Source of the DNA: Callorhinchus milii
Lineage: Eukaryota
Reading direction: 5' to 3'
DNA: 64,000 nucleotides
Assembly: GCF_018977255.1 (NCBI RefSeq)
Contig: NW_024704743.1
Location: 38,070,001 to 38,134,000, forward strand
In this document: in pieces, positions 34,516 through 47,602 of the stretch
Numbering within the stretch: the stretch's first letter is position 1
Layout of the letters: every line of letters starts with the position of its first letter
The notes under the pieces: generated by a model
The model's database searches: none
Told to the model about the DNA's origin: nothing
Seen by the model: only the letters and a program-made list of their open reading frames with translations
Program-made: the position numbers and the translations under genes

Positions 34516-37500
34516 CATGAGAGTTGACCTGAAGCCTGACGATTGAGATTATCAGTGGCCTGGAAGTGCATTACCCGACTGCTGTCGAGGTCAGGATCAC
34601 AGTTGGAGCAGGAGAGAAAAGGCTTTTGTGGTCGTCGATTTTCTTTGTTCAAAAAAGCATGTTGTTCATCTTGGAACAGATTATGACTTATCCCAGACTG
34701 ATAGGCTTTATTGTACAGAAAAAAATGTGGCAGGTCTGTGTTAGCTGAACACGTGTTGTCCAGGCCGATTATTGGCGTGAGCAAGACGTGTTCCACTGAC
34801 ATGCTTTAGAATGTGTTATCTGTTGATGCCTCATTTCCTGTTGCAGCTCAGATTTGGACAGTATGACAATTTACTTAAAATGAGACAATCTGAATAGGAC
34901 CACTCTTACCATTAAGTGGCCAGCTATAACTCCCGGTATGCTTGGAATACTTAATTCAAACCTTCTGTCATCAAGAAGTTTTATCGGAGAGTGATTCAAA
35001 ATTCATGGAATCAGAAACTAACAAGAAATTCTTAGGTTTGACCTTAAAAATTATTATAGATCACATTCTCCATATGCATTTGACATACTGAAGTTCATCT
35101 CATTTGATCATGCTATAAATGTCTTTCTTAAAAAAAACCTAAAAAGTTCATCTTTGGTGCTAATTTAAATTGTAAAAATGTGCACTTAGTCATGACCGAA
35201 ATACTCACCTCCTAAATGCATAGATATTAAGCTTCTCAGAAATGTTGTTATACAATCTAAATAGTGGTATTTGCTTCAGTTTCTATTTCCCATCTGTTCC
35301 GTAATTTTCTCTTTCCCCTCCCCCCAATGCCCAGCAAAGATCAAGCATTTACTTTGTGGAGAATGAATGATCTTTCCCAGTACTGTACCATGTTAATACA
35401 CCAGTATTCTGCATATCTATACCCTTTAAATTTTACACAATTTCTATAATTTACAAATCATGATAGTAAAATAGAAGCTGAGAATTGTATTGAACCGTAG
35501 AACGTTCCTGAACTCAGATTGCTGGTAGGGAATAATACTTAATACGATTTTAAACACATCTGGTCATAATTGCTTAATCAGGCTTTAGGCCACTATTTCT
35601 TACTCTTTAGATTTCACTCCTAAAATTGCTTTGCGTTTCTCTTCGAACTTCAAAATCCTCTTGAATCTATCTCTTTAAACATACCTTTGTTCAACATCTG
35701 GCCTTCTCACTCCTCACTCGGTAATCTCCATTGCCTGTGTATATAAAAAAAACTTCAAGATGTTCCTCCTGTCTGAGTGGTGCTTATGTACGTGCAAATC
35801 GTGGAATACTGTCAAGTTCCAAAAGAGAAGCAAAAACGGGATCCGATGAGAAGTAGTTGAGTAACGCTAAGCTTTCTTTTAAAAACTTGCAGAGGAAGGA
35901 AGGTAAGTCTGAATGAGGTTATGAGTTCCAGATTGATAAGGTCATAAGCATGACCATGTCAACCGTTTGACATGATTTTTGTCATGTCAAATAAAGACTT
36001 GCCTCCATTGAACAATTTATCTTGTTTGTAACCAGGGTGGTGAGATTGAGTTTTAAAGGGTAAAGACACTGCATAATAATATAATAATCCTTGTATTTGA
36101 TAGTATCTTATCAAGCTGTTGAAATGCCTCATAGATCTTCACAAGATTTACTGTAAATTGTAGTTAGTCATTGTGTATTTTTAGGTGAACGGCATACAGA
36201 CCGGAATGCCAGATGCTCGTTTTCCAATCTGGATTGAGTTAGCTGAGGTAAGTCATCAGCACAGCTAGGGGTTCATTTGAAGTATTATATTCTTAGAACA
36301 AACCGACTATATTGTCACTTGGTGCGTGTGACATTTGGATAATCAGACTTTATTGAATGCCAGCATACTAGAGAATGTAGATTAGTTACTAGCAATATTG
36401 CTGTCAAGTTCCTTCCCCGTTTTCTTTCCTTTTTCTTCTTGGTTTTACACATGGCCCAAATTCTTTGCTACCTCACCCAAGCAGCCATTATCATATTTGA
36501 GTCTACACTGTGAGTGGCAGAAAGCTACTTGCCCGTGGAGGGCATCACAGCTGAGACAGTTTGTGGAACATTGTTTTGGGCCATATGGCGGCTGCATTTG
36601 ACTATAAAATGCACAGTAAATCCTTTGAAGCACTTGAGACATTCTCCTGTATTATTATCATTATCATATTTTTCCCTTCCCCAAAATCAGGGATGCTAAT
36701 TTATTGGAAATCAAATGTGTGCTCTTCTGATATTAGCAGTTCCTTTACTCACTAGATTATCGAGTGAGGCAGTTGTCATTTTTTTCCTGAAATCCCCCAA
36801 ATACAATTTTGGAAGATATTTCAAGTTCATCAGAAGTTCATGACATTCGCTGACATTGTAATCTTGTCTGGGTGAATTCAGACTGGGGAAATCCTATTGC
36901 CCAGGAGCTCAGCGCAAATATAGCAGCAGATTGCTGGGTGATGAGATTTGCATTTCAAAGCTGCCTGATGGTCAACTGCCCCGCATAGAGTGGGTCATTT
37001 CCAATAAGTGCTTTGCCGTTCATATGTTTTTTCATTGAAATAATGGAAATGAAGGGTGATCTAGTTTTAGGTAGTACTTACTTTGACTTCTCTCAGTTAA
37101 AATTCTATCTGTTTCTTTGAGCCCATTCCTTTCTTTTATATTTGATGTATATTAAAGAAGTGTTGTATTCTTAATTCGCCTGCAACTGTCTGGAATGATT
37201 CTTAAATGAATGTAGCGCTGCTTTCCAATGCAAATAATTTCTCAGGAAAATAACAGGACCTTTGGGTGAAAGATACTTGAAGAGTGCAAGTTGTTCCATA
37301 TTTGATGTTTCTATTTTTTCAAAAGGAAATGGCAGTAGATTTTCAACCTAGTCACTGTGTCAGGATAGAATTAAAAACTAATCGGAAGTAATTCTGAAAA
37401 GAACTCTCTGCAGGGCCAGCATGAATGTTTTAGGGGCATTGGGAGGTGAACATTGTAGCTTCTACATGTCAAAAAATTATTGTGCCAGAGGCTACATTTA

Positions 37501-37689
37501 ATTTTTGTTCTGCTGTTGAATTAAATGTAAATCTAGGGATGCGATGTGTCTCAGTAGGTAAATGCACTGCCCAGAGTTCTACTCATGGCTTGAGATGTCT
37601 TCCTGAATTGAAAGGTGCTATCCAAATGTAAATTATTGTTGTAGTTATTGTTGTAATGAACCATAAGGTTTTGGAAGGTCTTGGTTTGC

Positions 37690-37935
37690 TAATAATAATT
37701 ATAATCCTTGCGTTTGATATAGGACATTATTACATTGTTGAGGCGTCTCAAAGTGCTTTCCAGCATATACTGTAAAGTGGCTTGACTGTATTTTGTTGGT
37801 GACCAAGGCAACCAATTTAGGCACAGCAGTGTCCCACAAACAGCCATGGAGTGAGTGAACAATTTTATTTGGGGAACGTTGGCCAGAATAGGCAGATGGG
37901 ATCTCGGTTTAACATCTTATCTGGGGGGCAGCAGC
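37690..37935 (-). mobile_element. Old Deu-type SINE fragment
   Basis: aatccttgcgtttgatata ... gtcccacaaacagcc ... gttggccag ... ctcggtttaacatctta. Confidence 0.75.
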
Positions 37936-37944
37936 TTTGACTAA

Positions 37945-38280
37945 TCTGAGTTTGTTGAACATAGTTGGGGCATTCAAAGACTATCGGACACTGCTATTAG
38001 CTTTTCTGTCCTCTGTAGTTAATTAGTAAGGGGGAATGTGAGTCAGGGTTCCTGCTTCTGTTTTCTGTTTAATGACCTTTTCTGCAACGTATACATGAAT
38101 GATCAGGACAGGATCACTCTGCTTCAGTGCTCCCAACAGTCCTTTCGCCTGGCTACATTCACTGTCTAAGCTTATAAAGACTGCACTTGTGTGAGGTACC
38201 AAAAGGGCTGATTGTGTCTGATTAACTGCGTCCAGGATTGACTCAGCAGCAACCACAGGAGAGATGGGAGTAAATTGTAG
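37945..38280 (+). mobile_element. Ancient SINE-like family copy (unnamed)
   Basis: agtcagggttcctgct ... aggacaggatc ... cactgtctaagct ... gtgaggtacc ... caggagag. Reverse-strand relatives at 22445-22713, 36420-36556, 57365-57570 and 63090-63500. Confidence 0.6.
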
Positions 38281-39559
38281 GGGACAAGAACATCTCTTTC
38301 CACCCCCACCCCCTGTTCACACCAAAACTCCAAACTAACACATTGCTTCCTTCCTATCCATCCACCTATCTGTTACCATAGATTGAGTGCAGTTTTCCCT
38401 TTGCTTCCCTACAGTGACAGTGGGGTTTATCACATGCTGATTGGAAAAAATGTTTTTTTTGCTTGTTTTTAATGAGCTGTAATGATTCCTCATGTAGCCT
38501 GCGTATCTATCTAACTGAAGTATTTTCTTACGCTGCTTTTACGTTATGGAGCCAGGGAGACAAAAAGCCATGAACATTTCAGCTGCACTCCAAGGACCAA
38601 TTTTACATTGGAAAACATGGGGTTTTCCCAATTTTTTTATATGTAGTGTAAATTGAGCGATGATGTCACATGTATCATGGATGATACCAATCAAAATTGT
38701 TAATCTGATCACCTGCAATTGAAACAACAGAAGTGGTGATATCCAAAGAACCAAAATGCAAACTGGGAGAGGTGGCTGAATACCAGGTGACTGTGAGATA
38801 GCCATTTTTGTTATTTATTGCTGAAATTTAGGTTGTACCAATTGTGAAAAAAAATGTTTTGAGCCCTTGCTCATGCATAAAACGTATTATGTCATCGAAC
38901 CATTTTCATGCACGGATTCACTTCACTGGTACATATTGTTTATTTCAGTGATTGAGCTCTTCAATGCAGAAACAGTGGGACATCTGATCCAAAAAGGATC
39001 TAGGGTCATTTAGTGCTGGGAAATTTGAACGCTTTACTATGAGTTGCTGGCAGATGCAGGTGAACTCCAAATGAAAAAGTGACATTGATCAATAAAAGGT
39101 GTTTAAAACATGTCCTGTTATATTCTATTCATACCTTCTGTTTCTTCTCACTATTCTTAACCAACACGGCGCAGAGGCATTCTCTTTTCTTGACAGGATT
39201 TGTTTTTATTTTTTGGTCAGCCGAGTGTCTGACGCATGCGGAAACCCATCACCATGCTTTAAGAGTATGCAAAGAATTCTATGCATCCCATCTATACATG
39301 GAAATAACATGTGTAGGTGGGATAAAAGGGAATGCTGACAGCATTTGCTGTTTCATGAATCACAGACATGAATATGTATCCTAGTGCTTTTCTTTGCTGC
39401 GCATTGATTCTGTCAGGCCCTTGAAGTATTTGAGGTATGAAGGCAACCAGGAATTCTTGTAGTATTTTTACCCTTGTGCAGTGCTGTGCTACTGGAATAT
39501 TGTACACCCTTTATATAGTATTTGAACAGATGCAAAATTCTATGGTGGTGTTTGGAGTT

Positions 39560-40365
39560 ACAATAATCCTTCCACTTGATATAGTGCCTGTATGTGTCAA
39601 AACGTCTCAAAGTGGTTAAATGTAGTGACTGTGTATTTGTAGACAACATGTCTGCCAATTGAACACAGGAGTTACCCACAAACAGCCAGGAAATTAATCA
39701 CTAATTATAACTGCAGAATTGTTGGCCAGGACACTCAGAGAAACTCCCCTCTCTTTTTGAATACTATAGTTTTGAATAGTCTCCTCCACCCCCTCTCCTC
39801 ACCTCAACCTTCATGGTTCTGTCCTTGAATGGTTCAGGTCCTACCTCTCACACCGTCTCCACTTCATTTCCACAAACGGTTTCTATTCTAGCCCCTGCAC
39901 TGTCTCGTGCGGTGTTCCTCAGGGCTCTGTCCTTGGTCCCCTCCTCTTCAATATCTGTATGTTCCCTCTTGGTGACATCATCCCCCGCTTCACGTCCCCC
40001 GGCTTGCCTGACCCACCATTGGCAGACCGGCCTTCTGCTGCTCTGCCTCCACCCTCTGGAACTCTCTCCCATAGGCCTTCTGCCGCGCACTCCCTCGCCT
40101 CCTTCAAGACCCTCCTCTTCGAGCGTGCATTCGATCACCCTCCTTCCTCCTACCCTCCAACCCCTGGCTCGGGTCTGAAACACTGATTGTCCAGCGCCTT
40201 GGTACGTCCTCCTGACTTGAAAGGCACGGCACAAATGTATTTTGTTGTTGTTTTTATGATGTCTGTGTGAACAGACAGACTAGATTTCGATTTAATGTCT
40301 CACCTGAAGGACAGCACCTCTAATAATGCAACACTCCCTCAACACTATACTGGACTTTCAGCCTT
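39560..40365 (-). mobile_element. Old Deu-domain SINE split by an L2 insertion
   Basis: 3' half at 39560-39775 (gttggccaggacact...gagaaactcccct). 5' half at 40255-40365 (tttaatgtctcacctgaaggacagcacctc...cactccctca). Confidence 0.75.
39780..40252 (+). mobile_element. Internally deleted L2 LINE
   Basis: RT segment [14 protein letters not shown]...[23 protein letters not shown] is fused directly to the C-terminal LWNSLP...[10 protein letters not shown] region and (GTT)n tail. Confidence 0.9.
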
Positions 40366-40380
40366 CTCTTTTTTAATTTA

Positions 40381-40630
40381 GGGTTATGGTCTCATGGAGG
40401 GGAAGAAAAAGTAGAATGTTTATTTGTTGAACTCCATAATTTAAGTGATAGACAAAGGATATGTAACTTAAAGGAAAATCACAACACTTAAATTTAAACT
40501 ACTGTTATATAGTTGAACTTTGAGGTCTGTTTTCCTTAAGTTACATACCTTTGTGTATCACTAAATGAAATGCAGTTTAAATCAATCAAATAAGCATTCC
40601 ATTGTTTTTCCCTCCATGAGGCCATTATCC
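40381..40630. mobile_element. Palindromic 250-bp MITE-like hairpin element flanked by TA
   Basis: Arms pair along most of the length (ctcatggaggg/ccctccatgag; caaagg-tatgtaacttaa/ttaagttacatacctttg). TA at 40379-80 and 40631-32. Confidence 0.85.
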
Positions 40631-41603
40631 TATTCTCTGTGAAACAGGTAACTTAACTTGCTTTACAAATATACAAGCCAGACTATTTTGCACCCTTGTG
40701 AATCCTTTAATCTAAACTCCAGCAGCTTTCTGTTTTGCAAAGGATGATTTTGTTGATTGCTTATTAGGTTTGAAATGCTAAACGCTTTATCCCGAAGGTG
40801 CTCATTATATCACCAGACATTAATAGCATTAATTCTAAAATGAAGAAAATGAACTTGAATTAACTGACTACTGTGCCTCTCTGATCATTGACCATTTAAT
40901 GTAGGCATTACTGAAGCAGAGCGGGTATAGATTTTCATGTTGTAGAAAATGTGTCCACTGGGAAAAGTTACATACATAATAATTTTATACTGAGTTTCCT
41001 TGTTTATAGAGTACACTGCACCTGACCATTGGCAGATAGGAGATCAATTTCACAGTATTAAAGAGAATTCTTTTCCCATTTAAAAATGTAAACTGGGTTA
41101 ATTTTCCCACTTACGGATGCCTTTCAAATATTTTTGAAAGGCAATAGAGACAGAATCAATTGGGATGTTTAAAAGAAAATGTTTTAAAGAATAGATACTT
41201 GAGAATAAGGGTGTTAAGGGCCACGGGGAACAGATGGGGGATTTGACTACAAATATTTGCCTTGATCTAATAAACTTGAAAAGGTTTTACGAGCTGGACA
41301 GCATTCTCCTGTTCCTTTGTACAACTGTGGGAGGCCAGCTATTATCAGCACATCGTCCATAGGTTGCAGAGGCCTGAACTATCTCATCATCTTAGCCTCA
41401 AGATCACTGTCATAAATTTACAAATTTATGAAAATTCTTAAATTCAGCCTTTCAATTTGGAAGCAATTTTTCCCACTTCTTAGAATGAATCGATGTGTTG
41501 GAGTAACTATTTCACAAAAAATTGGAATAAAGATTTTTAAATTACCAATATCAATGTTTACATGCTTTCTCTGGTCTTATACAGTGTACATTTGGGTTCA
41601 AAA

Positions 41604-41770
41604 AACAACAAAATTACATTTGAGTAGAGCCTTTCACGTCAGGAGGACGTCCCAAGGCGCTGGACAAACAGTGTTTCGGACCTGAGCTGGGGGTGGAAGT
41701 GGGGGTGGGGGGCGACCAAAGACACGGTTGAAGAGGAGGGTCTTGAGACAGGTTTTTGAAGGAGGCAAGG
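41604..41770 (-). mobile_element. L2 LINE 3' fragment
   Basis: acaacaaaattacattt ... gcctttcacgtcaggaggacgtcccaaggcgctggaca ... gaagaggagggtcttgag. Confidence 0.9.
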
Positions 41771-43152
41771 AAGATCAAACATGTGGTTCTGCATATTGTG
41801 TGTCTATGAATGGAGTACTTTGTTAGGGTGATATTATTGGGCATTGTTTGGTTGGGGTGAGTCACGTGAGAACTGGAATGAAAGCCCTTGGGTCTTAAGG
41901 TCTTTATGATGTTTGATGATAAATGTATCTACCTGGTGAGCAAGAACATGGAATCGTCACCAGTTCAAATGTGACACGTGACCACTAAAGCCCATAAATT
42001 TACCTACAAATAGAAGCCACCACACAAAGTAAGTGATGTTTCACCTTGTTTTGGATGAGTGGGGGGGCAAGGTGAGGAAGACTGACTGCTATTGTTTCAT
42101 CTTCGTCTTGTGCGTTAAAGGATAAATTATCATATTGTGACCAGCTTGAGCTGTGTAGGTATGCTATTACATTTTCCAGAGAATTTGGGCTTATAAACAG
42201 AAGATTATTTCTTTTATGAACCAGAGTGGAAAGTTTTATAGCATGGCTGTACTGTTTTATAATAATAGTGCAGAGAAGAAACTAGTTACATCTTATCCAC
42301 CCCAGAATGCAAAATTCAATGAGAATCCATAACAATCCATTGGTGTTACCAGTATCAGAGTAAGTGTAACACAGAGCACTTAATTCTTGCATTTGATATT
42401 GAATATGATATAATATTGAAGCACTTTATATGGAATTATGTCAGGTTTTATAACTGAGCATTTTTAGGTAAATTCAGAAGCTAATTTGTAGGGAGCAGAG
42501 TCTTCTAAACAGTCATGAAATGAACGGCCAATTTATTAGGAAGATAGCTACCTGGGATATTGGAGAAACTCTTCTCTTGAATCATATCATGGGATCTTTA
42601 ACAGACTAATGCATGATTAACTCATCAAAATGTATTTAATTTAAAATAAATTATCTTTAGACCATTGAGCACAGTTGGGTGTGGGTAGAATGTCACCTTT
42701 CTAATACGTGTGCGAGGATGGCCATAGAGGTCCTGACACTTTCCCAGAATAATGTTAATAAGCACTCTCAAGATGCTACCTCACATGAAGGAACTGTATG
42801 AATAAAGTTATTGTAGTGAAAATGAACCAGCCTGAGTTCCTCAATAATTTGTGGTGGTAATGTATGGAGTGATCCAACTGCGCATAAAAAGTTTCTTTGT
42901 GAAGTTCAGGACCAAGCAATGAGATGGATTTGTGGTGCAAAGGGGAATTGGCTGAAAAAGGATGGCCTACGCTGACCTGTTGCTGAGCACCTTGAAGGCG
43001 AAAATGACTTCCTGGTGGGTAGGTCTATTTCTCAAAGCTCCTCACTTGACAACCCGGATTAAGCAGTTGGGATTGAGTATACCTAGTATACAGCACTGGA
43101 CTAGGACCTCTAGAACATCAGGTGACTGGCATGTCAGAGGTTGCACCGTTTA

Positions 43153-43259
43153 GATAATAATAATAATAATCCTTGCATTTGATGTAGCGCTTTTCACGTC
43201 GGGAGGACGTCCCAAAGCGCTTCACAGAATATACTGTAAAGTGAATTGACTGTATATTT
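43153..43259 (-). mobile_element. Young SINE 3' fragment
   Basis: (AAT)n ccttgcatttgatgtagcgcttttcacgtcgggaggacgtcccaaagcgcttcacag. Confidence 0.92.
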
Positions 43260-45396
43260 TAGATTCTCCCTCAATGCAGAAGATATGCCATCGATCAAAT
43301 AGCTATGAGGAAACCGAGGTTGAAATGATAGCTGCTTGAAGGCATTCGGTTTGTGAACATACAATCGTATATTTAGGGCTTGGTGTCCACCTTGATTGGT
43401 ATGCAGAGAGGTAAGTAGCTGCTGCTCAAGCTCCTCACTTCCTACTGGTGGAACCATCACTCAACGGGTGGGGATTGGTGCCCGAGCTTTGGACAAGAGC
43501 ATGGTGGCAATGCATTTCATGCCGATTTGTGCAGGTGTCAAAAACCCTAACCAATGAACAAAAAAAACAAATACAGTATGTGCTAAATACTGAGTAAATG
43601 GTACAGCAACAGCAACTTAATTTGTATAGTCTTTCACATCGAGCAGAAGGAATACGATGGAAACTATCGAGTCGAGGCAGGAAAGGATTTAACTTAGATC
43701 TGCAAAGACTGTCTGAATTTGTTAACTGCTTTTACTGAGTGTTTGTGTGTAGTTAATTCAATATCAGAGGTTAGAAATAGTTTCATGGATTGTTTGTTGA
43801 TAATTTTACCCTGCTGTACGATAAACTGCTCCAGCTTTGACTTTCTAGTTTGGGTCACAGGGCTCTGAGCAAACCTGTTTGCTAACCAGACAGCTGCTAT
43901 TTTTGTTAGCTCTGTCTACCTCTACCCACAGTGAAGATTTTAAATTGTTTTTAAAATTGAGCATGCTGCTAAAATACAGATTACGGTGATTTCAGTGAAA
44001 GCATTGAACAAACCAACCAACCGAAGCTCCAGTTCGCTTAGTGCCCTGCCCTGTTTTATACTTCAGCAGCCAACGTTACTGAAGAAAATTGAACCAATTA
44101 GTTGAAATCATCAGAAGGATTTGGACTTGTCATTGAATTTTAAATGTATGGAAATTCACGTCTCAAAATAACTTAGGCTTAATTAAAAAGTACTTGCCCC
44201 TTTTCCAGCCAGAAACTGAACAGGAGTTTATCAATCCTGAAATGAAAGAGAGACCCTTTTCTCAGGTTGCAGTGAATTGAGGCCATGCCAAACTCAATCT
44301 CTAGCATAACGTGAAATTATACTGAAGATAAAACACTGTATGATTGAGCTCCTTACAAAAAAAAGCTCCTTGTAAGTGGGTTACAAGGTGAGCTGCCTTG
44401 ATAGTGTCCTCCTTTTCTGTGAAGGACACCGTTACCTGGAGATGGGCTGTCTTCTTTTTCTCATTTTGATTTACAGCTTCCATGGCTCCAATGAAAAGAG
44501 ATGAGGTTCTCTGAATATGGTAGTTTATTAACCTTATCCCTTGCACGGTTTGTTAAGCACAAAATTCCTGTGCGTGTATATGTGTGTGCGGGAGCATTTC
44601 ACTTGTTAGGAATGCCAAATTATATTGGGATGGAGAATCAATCATGCTATACTGTTTTCACCCCCTCCCCAGCCCCCACTCCATACATGCACATGATAGT
44701 CAGGATCAGTGGCTAAAATGAAAGTATGGCCATATGCATGGTGGATGATCAGGAGAAAACAGGACCAGCACCCTTGTGTGTTTTCATGCGTTATGATGAA
44801 ATGTGATTGTGCCTAGAAAGGTAGATCTAGGTCACCTGTTATTTATTATGAACTTGAAACCTTTCCTGGCATAAAGTTGCAGATGGACTGGGTCAGAATA
44901 GTTCCACTTTTACTTGTTATACAATGAAGTAATCACATGCTAAATTATTGCCAGGTATGTTTAATTTTTTTATATAAAGATCCTTTTCCTCAGTTTCCTC
45001 TTGTCAAGATGATTTGCTATGAGATGATTGCACAATGTCAGGAGTTGGAGTGTTCTGGCAGCTCTTCCAAGTAGCCAGTATCACTGGAGTTGAACCTTCT
45101 CCCCATCCAGTTAGATATTGTGATGAAATAGTTAGTATCCCAGAAACCTTTTGGGCCAAATGGCCTTTTCTCAACCATGAATTTTAGGTTCTTGCACTTA
45201 TACATGTGCAGTTTCTAACAGTGATCTTATATGCTGTATAATTTTACTTTTAACTAGGTTAATTGCCTTTCATGTGACTTTATGAAACTTTTCCCTTTTT
45301 TAAATGAATCATTTCTAGGCTAACCGAGGAATGATAGCTTTGAGTTACTTATAGCTCTTCTCATTTATATTTAGAAAGTGTGTTGGGAAATCACAT

Positions 45397-45520
45397 TATA
45401 ATAATCCTTGCATTTGATATAGCGCTTTTCACGTCGGGAGGACGTCCCAAAGCGCTTCACAGAATATACTGTAAAGTGAATTGACTGTATATTTGTGGGC
45501 GAACGCGGCAGCCAATTGCG
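45397..45520 (-). mobile_element. Young SINE 3' fragment
   Basis: Same tail as 9551, extending to gcggcagccaattgcg. Confidence 0.92.
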
Positions 45521-46321
45521 ACCTGGTCAGAGTGTATGCATCGTATTATTTAATTCATAATAAATTCCTTGATCACACGAACTACCACAAATTATCAGCT
45601 ATGGAACAACTAGGCCTCTGTTCACTGTTCACACCTTCCCATATTGACTAAAACTTGGATGTGTATAGTGTTTTTCATATCAAAAAGGAAATGCGTCTTG
45701 ATCGAGTTGCTGCTTTCAATTTGTCTTCATTATCTTGTTTGCAACAATAGTGAATATTATGTGCACATCAAGTAAAGGAATTGACTGCAAAGCTCTTCAT
45801 TTATATTTGCATGGAAACTATATATGCAGCAATCTATCCTACCTTGAAAACAAAGAGTATTTAAAGAAACTGGACTGCCAAGTAAATAAAATTCTGAGAC
45901 TTGCAAAATGTTTTTTTATCAAGAAGTCTGTATAAATCTAAAAGATCTAAATCAGAACTAAAATACGGAAAAAATGTGCATGTTTAAGAGAAACCACAAA
46001 ATTGGATTGGAGACAAAGAGTACATTGCCCTGTAAAGTGCCTCTTAAGTTTTCTTTTCCATTTTGAAATGATTAAAAACAAAGGTGGTATTGATTTGTTT
46101 CTATTGGTGATATGTGCAGCATATCATTTAATCCATAATAAATTCCCTGCTCATGCTAACTCTGAAAAATTATGGGCAATGGAGCAACCTGGAGCATGTC
46201 GATTCATTTTGTATCATTTCAGGACGCCAGTGGTGCAGCTTTAGTGTAATTGGCTGGTTTACTCCCCAGCACGCCACATGGCACCATATGATCAATGGCG
46301 TTAATGGAACTACCAACTCAG

Positions 46322-46555
46322 CTCTTCTCTTGTTATCTGTGTTGCGTCATTCGTCAAGTCAACCTGTGCTCTGTCCATCCATTGAGCTATAGTGATTACC
46401 ATGCTTGTCACCATAAGCAGTTGATGAGCGGAACCAGCCACACCCCCTCCCCCAAGCTTTACTCTTCTTTGTTATCTTAATTCCATCATTCATCTAGTCC
46501 ATCTGTACTCGATCGGTCCATCCACCGAGCGATACCGATTACCATGCTTGTCACC
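46322..46555. repeat. Diverged direct duplication of about 90 bp (46322-46412 and 46462-46555)
   Basis: Both copies start ctcttct..tgttatct and end gtccatcca..gagc.ata..gattaccatgcttgtcacc. Confidence 0.85.
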
Positions 46556-46814
46556 TCAGGCTGTATTGCTCTGGGAGAGGGGACTGGATTCTGATGAATT
46601 TGTCATATCACAATCTGGATAACTAACATTTATGGTCTTCACATACCTGCTTCTGGGTGGGAGTAACTTTCAGTGCAATAAAATAGAATATGTACAGTAT
46701 TCATATAACATTTTTCACATTAGCAGGCGGACGTTAAAGACTACATGTGCTGGGCGAGACTGGAGATCACAATAGTTGCTGCTTTAACCAAAACAAGTTT
46801 GTGTTTTGAAAATA

Positions 46815-47121
46815 CCGTGAACTCCTGATAACTCGTCATTCTAAGGGAAAGGGGGAGTTATCATGAGTGGCGAGTTAGGCAACTAACTGTGTATTTATAC
46901 ACATTGATGTATAAGTGTGTCTGAAAGGAGGTGATCGATTTAAACCTTGACATCTTGAAAATCAACCGATTTAATATTAATAACCGGGTTCAAAAATGTA
47001 GCAGACTTGTTTTAAAAAATTATGAATACATAAATAAGTGTGGCCGGTATATTGACAGCAATGATGACTTAAATGGTGGTGACAAGTTAAGCCAGGCTCG
47101 AGTTATCAGGAGTTCATACTG
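46815..47121. mobile_element. Tigger/pogo-like MITE (about 307 bp)
   Basis: Perfect 18-bp inverted repeat tgaactcctgataactcg (46818-35) / cgagttatcaggagttca (47099-116). Subterminal gagttatc repeat. TA at the left end; the right end closes with actg. Confidence 0.75.
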
Positions 47122-47229
47122 GATGGACAGTTAGATGGGTTTGTTTCTTTAATATTAGTTTCACTTTTATGGGTTTGTGAGTGTTTGCACTTGCAAAGAC
47201 TTAGCATGTTGTGTAGATTTGGGATTTGT

Positions 47230-47602
47230 GGAGTCCTGTAGCTCTGTGGTCTGCGCATTCGCCTTGCAAGCAAGAGACCTGGGTTCGATTCCTGGCAGGG
47301 CGAAACGTTAAGCAAGTTTCCTTACTCCACACTCCTCTGTTTACCTAGCAATCAGTAGGAACCCGGTTGTTAAGCGAATGGTAGATCGCTTTTCCGGGAT
47401 TAATAATTCCTTAAAAATAAATTAAAATAATTTGGTCACTCAATCCACGACTGTTTGTGGGACACTGTTGTGCGCAATTGGCTGCCGAGATTTGTCCACA
47501 AAATATACAGTCAATTCACTTTACAGTATATCCTGTGAAGTGCTTTGAGACATCTCGAAGACATGATAAGGCGCTATATCAAATGCAAGGATTATTATTA
47601 TT
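47230..47602 (+). mobile_element. tRNA-derived SINE, long subtype, full length
   Basis: ggagtcctgtagctctgtgg ... gggttcgattcctggcagggcgaaacg ... gcgctatatcaaatgcaaggattattattatt. Confidence 0.93.

Noticed and set aside
35893..35902. 10-nt microexon-like ttgcag|aggaaggaag|gtaagt
   Set aside because: Lies in what looks like a decayed antisense L2 remnant and has a poor pyrimidine tract.
35950..35992. Alternating catgtcaa/ttgacatg short palindromes
   Set aside because: Stems of only 8-9 bp; likely a local slippage or inversion product.
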